Below are positions 46,192 to 53,249 of a stretch of DNA of 56,723 nt, piece by piece. The DNA is taken from NCBI GenBank assembly GCA_035259005.1, contig DATFWU010000242.1:1-56723 (forward strand), in the 5' to 3' direction. Every line of letters starts with the position of its first letter. Position 1 is the first letter of the stretch. A program made the translations under genes and the position numbers. The DNA is from Candidatus Eiseniibacteriota bacterium (GTDB lineage: Bacteria > Eisenbacteria > RBG-16-71-46 > DASYSL01). The notes under the pieces were generated by a model. It ran no database searches, was not told where the DNA came from, and saw nothing but the letters and a program-made list of their open reading frames with translations.

Positions 46192-47073
46192 ATGTTCGGT
46201 CAAGCTAGACGAGTCGGTTTCTTCATCCTCATCCAGTTGAAGCAAACTTGCGAGGGTGCCGTGACAGGACTTCTGTTTTGCTTCGTACTCTCCATCACGT
46301 CCGCCTCCGGTACCCCCGTCACCAAACTGGATCTTCCAGCAACCATCGCCTTCGACGAGCGCACGCATCACCTCTTCATGTACGGTCACGAGATCCACAG
46401 CCCAGTGACGCTCGCCTACGACAAGGGCGACCTGGTCGCCAACGGGTTTCGTCCAAACCCTATCGTCGAAGACACGGCGAGAGCCGAATCGGTCGCAGCC
46501 CGCGTGTACAATGATGTGCCCTTCATTCAGGGGTTGCACGCGCAAGGCAAGAGCTACCGTGCGGCCGGACGTGAATACGAAACCGCATGGACGAAGACGG
46601 TTTATCGAGCCATGGGAGAGTTTCGTTCGGCTTGGATTGCCGGCGACTCGGCGAACGCTGAGCAACGGGCGAAAGCGGTCCTGGACACGAGCTTGATCGA
46701 CGTTGAGAGGACTCTCATCGGTGATCTCGGCTCGGCAGTAGTCCTGAAGGGTTTGGGGGACTCGCCGATCTATTGCTCAGCTCCTGATCGGACACCGACG
46801 CCGCCCCCGATGACCCCGGAAGAGCAGGAAGCGGACCGCCGCACCGGAGCCATGGACCAAGCCTGGGAGATCCAGTCCTTTCTCGTGACAGCCGATCAGG
46901 GTTTGATGGTGCTCGGGGGTCCGAAGGGTGGCGTTGGCATCGTCCAGCGCGGTGTCGGGGCATATGACGCGCTCGATGAGATCAAACGGTCAATCAAGTA
47001 CGGGGTGCCTGATGGCAGCGTAGTGCCTGAGGCGCTACTCAGGGAAATCATCGCCGCTCAGGCCCACCATTGA
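46192..47073 (+). CDS. Hypothetical protein
   Basis: 293 aa. Codon third positions are GC-biased in this frame and the composition is protein-like. I recognise no family. I prefer it over the antisense ORF 46036..46665. Confidence 0.5.
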   Translation: MFGQARRVGFFILIQLKQTCEGAVTGLLFCFVLSITSASGTPVTKLDLPATIAFDERTHHLFMYGHEIHSPVTLAYDKGDLVANGFRPNPIVEDTARAESVAARVYNDVPFIQGLHAQGKSYRAAGREYETAWTKTVYRAMGEFRSAWIAGDSANAEQRAKAVLDTSLIDVERTLIGDLGSAVVLKGLGDSPIYCSAPDRTPTPPPMTPEEQEADRRTGAMDQAWEIQSFLVTADQGLMVLGGPKGGVGIVQRGVGAYDALDEIKRSIKYGVPDGSVVPEALLREIIAAQAHH

Positions 47074-47076
47074 GCG

Positions 47077-47099
47077 GTGTGCGGGAATTGTGCGGGAAC
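47077..47099 (+). repeat. Tandem GTGCGGGAA motif pair (GTGTGCGGGAATTGTGCGGGAAC), island-end module A
   Basis: A 22/23-identical copy lies at 50649..50671. Both start within 4 nt of a plus-strand stop codon and sit 157-159 nt before the end of an att core. Confidence 0.7.
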
Positions 47100-47212
47100 G
47101 ATCCGGAGGAATAGGTACGAACGGCGCTCGAGGGGTACGTCGCACCGCCGTAAGTGGCTGATTACTCTGCATCGTCGCGTTTGTTATCCGACAGTTCCTT
47201 GCGGTCGGCCGA

Positions 47213-47233
47213 TTCGAATCCCGTTGGGGACAT
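47213..47233 (+). repeat. att core copy 2
   Basis: Exact 21-nt match to the tRNA-Glu 3-prime end. The match extends to 28 nt (47208..47235) with copy 3. Confidence 0.85.
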
Positions 47234-47782
47234 TCAGTAAACGCCAAAGATTCGCTTCCTCGGTCCGTTCCGGAAGCGCGCGGTGGCAAACGTGCCACCG
47301 TACTTCTTATAGGCGGGCTCCCCCTCGATTCGCAGCGAAACAAACTTGATCGGCGGCGACTGCGCAGCGTTGAGTATCACGCACCGCGCTGTCGCTGCCA
47401 CGATCATGTCGTAGGTAAAGTCATCCAGATCTCTTGGCGGCTTCGTGGCGCGGAGAGTGACGCGCAGCGTGTCGCCGAAGAGTGGCGGTTCCCGATTCGA
47501 GTTGGACGTCACCTCGACCCGAAGCCCCACGTCGAAAGCCGCGTTGCGTTGTTGCGGTCCGTACTGGGTGCTTACAAGGCTCGAGTCACATGTAGCGAGC
47601 ACCGCTAAGATGCCGACATCGTCGGAGTTGTACGTTAGTACCGTGACGCGGCTAAGCGAGAGGTCACTGAAGGACCAGATGGGTTGAAACGCCTCGAAGG
47701 ACCACTCCTCGGAACATAGCCCGCGGGATGATCCCACTGTCGTCAACGCCATCGCTAAGAGAAGCGCACCGGTTAATCTCAT
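47234..47782 (-). CDS. Hypothetical secreted protein
   Basis: ATG at 47782 (residue 16 of the track ORF) gives MRLTGALLLAMALTTVGSSRGLC. 182 aa. The stop abuts att core copy 2. Confidence 0.5.
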   Translation of the reverse strand: MRLTGALLLAMALTTVGSSRGLCSEEWSFEAFQPIWSFSDLSLSRVTVLTYNSDDVGILAVLATCDSSLVSTQYGPQQRNAAFDVGLRVEVTSNSNREPPLFGDTLRVTLRATKPPRDLDDFTYDMIVAATARCVILNAAQSPPIKFVSLRIEGEPAYKKYGGTFATARFRNGPRKRIFGVY

Positions 47783-47997
47783 CCCAGGCCCGCCCCAGGT
47801 GTCACGCAGCCATGATCCGGTCTCCATAGGTGTCGGCCCATGGCCGAAGGCACTTCACCGTGCAGAGGTGGTCCGAGAGGCTAAGTACACCGTGAGACAG
47901 CCCGTCTGGCTACGCCCCCCAGAAACGGTTCCACTCGCCTATGGGAGGGTCCGGACCTAGCCGCCGCAAGGACATTCGAGCCCAACCCAGGCCGGGT

Positions 47998-48159
47998 TCA
48001 GGCGACTCTTAGGCTATTCCGGAGGACTTGCAGGCTTCTGAGCCACGCCTCCAGCTGGTTCCAACTCGCGATAGTTGGGGACACCAAATTAGTGCCAGCC
48101 ACGGCCTGCAATTTGTTCCACACCAGGCTGCCGGAGAGGGAGATTTCCCTCTCGGGCAC
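47998..48159 (-). CDS. Mini-ORF 1 of the SWNQLE-WLRSL family (up to 53 aa; start uncertain)
   Basis: Hand translation gives ...SLVWNKLQAVAGTNLVSPTIASWNQLEAWLRSLQVLRNSLRVA*. Possible starts are GTG 48159, GTG 48102 and GTG 48084. The last 28 codons are homologous to mini-ORF 2 and end at the same aligned stop position. Confidence 0.35.
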   Translation of the reverse strand: MPEREISLSGSLVWNKLQAVAGTNLVSPTIASWNQLEAWLRSLQVLRNSLRVA

Positions 48160-48179
48160 ACTTCCGTCTACGAAGCTCT

Positions 48180-48208
48180 GCGGCGGGCCCGGGCTCGCTG
48201 CTTTTTTT
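48180..48208 (+). terminator. Rho-independent terminator (9-bp stem, CCGG loop, T7)
   Basis: GCGGCGGGC-CCGG-GCTCGCTGC (7 Watson-Crick plus 2 G-U pairs) followed by TTTTTTT. There is no plus-strand gene upstream. An 8-bp hairpin GAGAGGGA-GATT-TCCCTCTC lies at 48134..48153. Confidence 0.6.
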
Positions 48209-48641
48209 ATTGACCGGCGCGATGAGCGGGCTTTGAATTCGGGCGCATGGTCCCACCTGGTGCTGCCGGGCTTAGTTCCTCGAGAGCCTCCTCTCCTCTG
48301 ACACCCGGCGGAGAAGACTTGGTTCCCGCATCCGTGGTTCCTTTGGCGCGGGCCTGAGGTCTCGCTTCTCCCCGTGGTGTAGCCAATGCCTGCGCCGGTC
48401 AGACGATAGCGTCACGTCTTCGTGGCTTTGGCACAACGCAATCACGCTGGCACAGCTCATGTCGTCCTTGGCCGTCATTTCCGAGCGTCCTCGAACGTGA
48501 CCATCCGGTCGCGCGGCGCGAGAGCCGGATGACGGTGGCGCCGATCGCCGGAAACGAGGAGCTGCCACGACCCGCTGGGCTGCGGGCCTATTCCGGACGT
48601 CATCAAGCGTCCATTCTGAGTCACTCCAATGGAGACCCCCT

Positions 48642-50648
48642 ATGTTGCGCCGCCCCCAAGTCGCACTCGCCCTCGCGCTGTGTCTAGCGTTCCCCACATT
48701 CGCTCACGGGCAATCGCCCACGCCCGGGCCGGCGCCCGCGCCCGCAGACAAGGACACTCGACGCACCACGCCCGGCGGGAGCTCGTTCATCCTCCCCGCA
48801 GGGTGGACGATGACGACGAAAGACGCCCTCACCATCCTCATGCCCCCCGAGGACGACACGCACATTGCGATCGTCGACGTGAAGGCCAAGGACGCTGACG
48901 CCGCGGTCGCGGCAGGGTGGGCGGCGTACCAACCAGGCTTCAGCCGCCCCCTCAAGATCACCGTGCCTGAAGCGCCAACCGAGGGCTGGGAGGAGCGCAA
49001 GGACTACCAGTACGAGACGTCGCCGAACGAAGGAGTGTTCGTGGAGGCGGTGGCGTGGCGAGCGGGCGACACGTGGACGGTGTCGATCCTTGACGGCACC
49101 AAGTCTACGATCGAGAAGCGCGGGGGGCCCATTACGATCGTGGCCCAGAGCCTGCAGCCGAAGGGCTACACGCGCGAGTCGTTCGCCGGCAGGAAGGCGC
49201 ATCCGCTCGATGCCGAGCGGCTCAAGGTGCTCAAGGAGTTCGTCGCCAGCGGGATGAAGCAGCTCGAAATTCCGGGCGCGGGGATCGCGTTCATCGACGG
49301 CGGTAGGACGGTTCTTGCAGGCGGCCTGGGCGTGAAGCAGATGGGCAAGCCAGATCCGATCGATGCCAACACGCTGTTCATCGCCGCGTCGAACACCAAG
49401 GCGTTAACGACGCTGTTGCTCGCCATACTCGCCGACGAGAAGAAGCTGCGCTGGGATGAACCGGTCACGGAGTTATACCCCAGCTTCAAGCTCGGTGACG
49501 CAGTCACAACGAGAGAGGTGCTCGTGAAGCATCTCGTGTGCGCCTGCACCGGCATGCCGCGGCAAGACCTCGAGTTGGATATCGAGTACGAACACGAGAC
49601 ACCGGCCTCCGCGCTTCGGCTGCTCGGCACGATGCAACCGACGAGCAAGTTCGGTGAGGTGTTCCAGTACAGCAACCTCATGGCGGCCGCGGCCGGCTAC
49701 ATCGGCGGCGCCACCGCGCTGCCGGGGAAGGAGTTGGGCGCCGCCTATGACGAGGCAATGCGCACCAAGGTATTCGCGCCGCTCGGCATGACGACGTCGA
49801 CGTTCGACTTCGCCAAGGCTATGCGAGGCGACCACGCCTCGTCGCACGGAGACGACGTGGACGGGAAGCAGGCGCTCGCGCGGATGGACCGCGCCTACTC
49901 CGTGTACCCATTTCGCCCCGCCGGTGGGCTGTGGACGAGCGCGAACGAGCTGGCCAAGTACGTCGAGATGGAACTCGCGAAGGGCATGCTGCCCAACGGC
50001 AAGCGGTTGGTGTCGGAGGAGAACCTACTCGCGCGCTATATACCGCAGGTCGCCGTGAGCGATGGCGTGAACTACGGCATGGCGCTGATCGTCGACACGA
50101 AGTACGGCATCCAGGTGGTGCACCATGGCGGCGACTTCGTGGGATACCACAGCGACATGATCTGGTTGCCCGAGTACGGCGTCGGCGCGGTGATTCTCAC
50201 CAACTCCGAATCGGGCTTTCTCATTCTCGAACCGCTGCGGCGGAAGGTGCTCGAGGTGCTGTTTGACGGCAAGCCCGAGGCTGACGCTGCGCTCGCCACT
50301 GCGGCGAAACAGCGAAAGGAGGCGTTCGCGAAGGACCGCGAACGCCTCGTCGTCCCGGCCGACGCGGCCGCGGTCGCGAAGCTGGCAACGCGCTACGTGA
50401 ACGCGTCGCTAGGCGCAGTAGCGGTGGAGAAGCAGGGCGCCAGAACCCTGTTCGACGTGGGAGGGTGGAAGAGTGCCGTCGCGTCGCGCAAGAACGAGGA
50501 CGGAACGATTTCGTTCATAACGATCGACCCCACGGTCTCGGGCTTCGAGTTTGTGGTCGCGGATTCCGTTGGTGCCCGTCGCCTCATCATGCGCGACGCG
50601 CAACACCAATACGTGTTCGCGGAGGCGAAGGCGCCGAAGCGACCCTAG
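48642..50648 (+). CDS. Secreted serine hydrolase, class C beta-lactamase / PBP4* family, with extra N- and C-terminal domains
   Basis: 668 aa with signal peptide MLRRPQVALALALCLAFPTFAHG, SxxK in FIAASNTKAL, YxN in QYSNLMA and a third motif HHGG. Confidence 0.85.
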   Translation: MLRRPQVALALALCLAFPTFAHGQSPTPGPAPAPADKDTRRTTPGGSSFILPAGWTMTTKDALTILMPPEDDTHIAIVDVKAKDADAAVAAGWAAYQPGFSRPLKITVPEAPTEGWEERKDYQYETSPNEGVFVEAVAWRAGDTWTVSILDGTKSTIEKRGGPITIVAQSLQPKGYTRESFAGRKAHPLDAERLKVLKEFVASGMKQLEIPGAGIAFIDGGRTVLAGGLGVKQMGKPDPIDANTLFIAASNTKALTTLLLAILADEKKLRWDEPVTELYPSFKLGDAVTTREVLVKHLVCACTGMPRQDLELDIEYEHETPASALRLLGTMQPTSKFGEVFQYSNLMAAAAGYIGGATALPGKELGAAYDEAMRTKVFAPLGMTTSTFDFAKAMRGDHASSHGDDVDGKQALARMDRAYSVYPFRPAGGLWTSANELAKYVEMELAKGMLPNGKRLVSEENLLARYIPQVAVSDGVNYGMALIVDTKYGIQVVHHGGDFVGYHSDMIWLPEYGVGAVILTNSESGFLILEPLRRKVLEVLFDGKPEADAALATAAKQRKEAFAKDRERLVVPADAAAVAKLATRYVNASLGAVAVEKQGARTLFDVGGWKSAVASRKNEDGTISFITIDPTVSGFEFVVADSVGARRLIMRDAQHQYVFAEAKAPKRP

Positions 50649-50671
50649 GTGTGCGGGAACTGTGCGGGAAC
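50649..50671 (+). repeat. Tandem GTGCGGGAA motif pair, island-end module B
   Basis: GTGTGCGGGAACTGTGCGGGAAC starts on the base after the TAG stop of the hydrolase gene. Confidence 0.7.
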
Positions 50672-50786
50672 TACCTACCGGCAAGTGAAACTATCAGTCG
50701 CCATCTGCGTCGCCCGGTGGGTGCAAGTCGTTGGATGAACTCGATTGGCCACGATTGGTGTCCGTTGGTTCCCGCGATGTTGCCGA

Positions 50787-50807
50787 TTCGAATCCCGTTG
50801 GGGACAT
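50787..50807 (+). repeat. att core copy 3
   Basis: Exact 21-nt match to the tRNA-Glu 3-prime end. Confidence 0.85.
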
Positions 50808-50981
50808 TCCTCCACGGGGAACAGTTACTCCGAGCTGCTTGAATGCCTCGGAGGAACCCAATCGACTCCCGTCGGCCGCGCCCGCCCCACGCCCTCGCGC
50901 ACGCTCGTCGCCGAGCATCGCGTATCGCTGAGTCATGGCGATGGACACATTGGGTGCGGTGGTGCTTCTCGACGCTTCGAC

Positions 50982-52052
50982 TCACTTCGCTTCGAACTGC
51001 CTGCCGCGCGCAAGCACAGCGACGTCGATGTTCTGAAACTTGAACGGTAGTCCCTGATCGACGAAGAGCCGTGGGCCCGACTGAAGCTGATAGTGCAGGT
51101 GTGGCCCGAATGCGTTTCCCGAGTTCCCCAGCTTTCCGATCACCTGGCCGGCGGCGACTCGATCCCCGACCTTGACCATGACGGACCCTTCTTGCATGTG
51201 CATCATGACGCTGAACTCCGAATTGCCGTGGTCGATGATGACGCAGTTGCCAGCCCACGCCATCACCGGGTCGTGCAGCGCCGCGTACAACGTATCGTCC
51301 CTTCCGGGATGTGGATTGTCGGGCACGTCATTGCGCGCGTAGGTCACGGTTCCAGCCGCGGGCGCCAGGATCTCGCGGCCCCAACCGGCGGCGGATGCGT
51401 TTTCTTGGGCTTGGCTTTTCTGCTCTGCCCCGTTCTCGCCGAGGCCGCGCAGGTCGATCGCGAAGTCGGCCCCCCAGTTGCCACCGCCGCCATGGCCTCC
51501 GTTCGTGATCCAGTCCTGCCCGACCACGCCGTTGCCGCGAAAAGGCACGATGAGCGACGTCTTCTGCTGATAGTACTGAACCGGGATCATCAAGGTCCGT
51601 TCCGCCATCCGACCCTTCGCGTCCGCGACCTTCACCCGCACTTCTGCCGACCCGATCCTCAGCGCCTGCGGGCAGCGGAAATAGAAGTGGAGGTCGAAGG
51701 CTTCGGGCAACGTGAGCATGCGCCGGGGCGACGACAACGGAGTATCCGACTCGATCCGATAGTGCTCCCCTTTCATCTTCGCCAACGGCTCGGTCGGCCA
51801 CTCCTGCCGCTCGACGATCGAATGGCCATCCGAGAGCTGCACGCTCGCAGAAATCGGCGTGAGCACGGAATCGGTGGAGCAAATCACCGCGACGTCGAAC
51901 ACGAACGTCGACGTTTCGGTGTTCCCCGGGTCGTCCACCTTGTAGACGATCGCCGGAACGACCTGCAGACGAAAATCCGGTTGAGCGGCCCCAGCGGACC
52001 GAGCGACAACCAGGGATGCAAGCAGAAAGAGCAGCGGCAGGACTCGACTCAT
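50982..52052 (-). CDS. Secreted M23-family metallopeptidase
   Basis: ATG at 52052 (residue 117 of the track ORF) gives the signal peptide MSRVLPLLFLLASLVVARSAGA. The C-terminal LytM domain shows DHGNSEFSVMMHMQEGSVMVKVGDRVAAGQVIGKLGNSGNAFGPHLHYQL. Confidence 0.8.
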   Translation of the reverse strand: MSRVLPLLFLLASLVVARSAGAAQPDFRLQVVPAIVYKVDDPGNTETSTFVFDVAVICSTDSVLTPISASVQLSDGHSIVERQEWPTEPLAKMKGEHYRIESDTPLSSPRRMLTLPEAFDLHFYFRCPQALRIGSAEVRVKVADAKGRMAERTLMIPVQYYQQKTSLIVPFRGNGVVGQDWITNGGHGGGGNWGADFAIDLRGLGENGAEQKSQAQENASAAGWGREILAPAAGTVTYARNDVPDNPHPGRDDTLYAALHDPVMAWAGNCVIIDHGNSEFSVMMHMQEGSVMVKVGDRVAAGQVIGKLGNSGNAFGPHLHYQLQSGPRLFVDQGLPFKFQNIDVAVLARGRQFEAK

Positions 52053-52333
52053 GGTGCGCACCTCCGGCGTATCCGACAAGGCGAGTGCCCGGAAGGTTGG
52101 AACACCCTTCACCGGCAAATCGGTCGAGAGGGGCAGCGCGCCCTCCAAGCAATCGAGTGGCATCGAGGGCCCATCTGGCGCGCGAATCTGAGTGAGCCCT
52201 GAGCCGATTCCCCCATCTAAACGGGGTATCCTCTGCGCGTATGAGCCCCGAAGAAGCATGCGGTTCCATTCGCGCCTGGGAGCGCACCAACATCGGCGGC
52301 TCGCCTGAAATCGGGCACTTGGCCCAGGGACAT

Positions 52334-52453
52334 CTACGCGACTCTGAGGTTCTCTCGCAGCGCCTGTAGGCTCCTCAGCCAGCCTAGCAGTTGGTTCCAA
52401 CTCGAGGTGGTAGGGGACAATCCGCTAATGACTCTGCGGTCCCGCGGCAACAC
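52334..52453 (-). CDS. Mini-ORF 2 of the SWNQLE-WLRSL family (39 aa from GTG)
   Basis: VLPRDRRVISGLSPTTSSWNQLLGWLRSLQALRENLRVA*. It is in the same frame as the DUF4279-like gene, and its GTG is 6 codons after that gene's TGA. Confidence 0.4.
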   Translation of the reverse strand: MLPRDRRVISGLSPTTSSWNQLLGWLRSLQALRENLRVA

Positions 52454-52471
52454 ACAGAGCCAGCCACTTAG

Positions 52472-52894
52472 TCATTGTCCTTCTCTCGCTCCGGTGGGGT
52501 ACGTGGAGAGTTCGATGCCCATGCCGAGAGCCCCAGCAGCCTTGATGAGTTCGGGTGGCAGATAATCGAACTGCGCGACGACGTTCTCACCGATCCGAAG
52601 CTCAATCGGGAAATCAAGGCGCATGTCTTCGACGGTCGACAACGCGGCAAGAGCGCGCAGTTCACCCGCGTGGCGTTCGAGGAAGGCGCACGCATCGGAG
52701 ACCTGTCCGGGAAGGTTCGACCAAGCTGCATGGCTTACCTCGACGCGGAAGCCGGAAGTAGAATACACAGATCCGTCAGATCTAAACGGAGCCCGAGGGT
52801 CACCAGCCTTGTAGGCCATGTAGGGGTGCAGACCTGATGTTCGGAGAAACTCCTCGACATCGAAATTCGAACCCGTCACGCGCAGCACGCACAT
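52472..52894 (-). CDS. DUF4279-like small cytoplasmic protein
   Basis: 140 aa. The pattern VLRVTGSNFDVEEFLRTSGLHP...KAGDP...W...FLERHAGELRAL...DFPIEL...LPPELIKAAGALGMGIELSTY matches my recollection of the DUF4279 layout. There is no signal peptide. Confidence 0.55.
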   Translation of the reverse strand: MCVLRVTGSNFDVEEFLRTSGLHPYMAYKAGDPRAPFRSDGSVYSTSGFRVEVSHAAWSNLPGQVSDACAFLERHAGELRALAALSTVEDMRLDFPIELRIGENVVAQFDYLPPELIKAAGALGMGIELSTYPTGAREGQ

Positions 52895-52964
52895 GGTTGA
52901 TCCTTTCGCCTCACGGGCCAGAAGCTCTTTCTGCTGGAAGCTTCATCGTAACTTCTGGCCGCGT

Positions 52965-53030
52965 TCATGGTGCGCTTCGGCACCCGTCCAAGCTCCTGAG
53001 CCACACTTCAAGCTGATTCCAACTCGGCAT
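52965..53030 (-). CDS. Mini-ORF 3 of the SWNQLE-WLRSL family (21 aa)
   Basis: ATG at 53030, with an in-frame TAA four codons upstream. It reads MPSWNQLEVWLRSLDGCRSAP*. Its stop lies 70 nt upstream of the DUF4279-like start. Confidence 0.35.
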   Translation of the reverse strand: MPSWNQLEVWLRSLDGCRSAP

Positions 53031-53249
53031 AAAGGGACATCCTTACCCCCACTTGCCGCACAACGCGAGCGAATCAGAGTCGGCCTCCTCGAGCCCAAGT
53101 TTTCTCAATGGTTGGCTGTTGCATTTCTCGCTTCGCGAGGGATAGGCTCATTTTCGGCCCGGGACAGATGGCCCGCAGGTGCCTTCGGCGCAGCGGAGCA
53201 GCGAGCCTTTCTCGCAGCATCCCACGACACGTCGCGCGCGGAGGCCGAA

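Larger units (their letters stand above)
40691..47233. mobile_element. tRNA-Glu-associated genomic island 1 (about 6.5 kb, probably degenerate)
   Basis: Bounded by the tRNA 3-prime end and its 21-nt direct repeat. GC is lower than the left flank. It contains a tyrosine recombinase gene and unrelated cargo. Confidence 0.6.
47234..50807. mobile_element. Second tandem island-like segment (about 3.6 kb, no recombinase)
   Basis: Bounded by att core copies 2 and 3 and ends in the same ~158-nt module as island 1. Confidence 0.5.

Noticed and set aside
46036-46665. A 209-aa minus-strand ORF overlapping the 293-aa plus-strand ORF 46192..47073.
   Set aside because: The plus frame shows the GC-biased third positions and balanced composition expected of coding sequence. 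The minus translation is Gly/Arg/Val-rich and lacks a convincing start context.
47077-47233. Island-end modules A and B as pseudo-tRNA or tmRNA-like genes.
   Set aside because: Only the last 21 nt match tRNA-Glu. The T-stem 5-prime strand is replaced (GCCGA instead of ACGGG), and there is no acceptor 5-prime strand, D arm or anticodon arm. No tmRNA-like tag reading frame or pseudoknot context is present.
47927-47952. A possible fourth, degenerate copy of the mini-ORF motif (GGTTCCACTCGCCTATGGGAGGGTCC; minus translation …EWNRFWGA*).
   Set aside because: Only about 12 nt resemble the core, and the peptide similarity is limited to WN..W. This is too weak to call without a profile search.
48028-48697. 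Track ORFs 48028..48213 (plus), 48092..48301 (plus) and 48272..48697 (minus) in the 814-nt gap.
   Set aside because: The plus ORFs read straight through the intrinsic terminator hairpin and T-tract and start at non-ATG codons without an RBS. The minus ORF is Arg/Ser-rich, and its start overlaps the 5-prime end of the divergently oriented hydrolase gene.
48032-53039. A plus-strand coding reading of the 50-nt repeat (RLLSHASSWFQLAIVGD / RLLSQPSSWFQLEVVGD).
   Set aside because: It shares wobble positions with the minus frame, so it also looks conserved. However, copy 3 has an in-frame TGA at the Trp position, and no copy has ATG/GTG/TTG upstream within the open frame. Homology also begins abruptly with no start, whereas in the minus frame it ends exactly at a conserved stop.
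48032-53039. The same repeat read as a sigma54 or ECF-type promoter (TTGGAACC…TCAGAA on the minus strand).
   Set aside because: The GG-to-GC spacing is one base off the -24/-12 rule. The AAC-to-TC distance is 2 nt shorter than the RpoE-type consensus, and no CGT-type -10 is present. A period-3 substitution pattern is not expected for a promoter. A promoter role is not strictly excluded.
47998-53039. A diversity-generating retroelement (template/variable repeat) explanation for the repeated C-terminal coding segments.
   Set aside because: There is no reverse transcriptase gene in the window, and the differences between copies are not adenine-specific.
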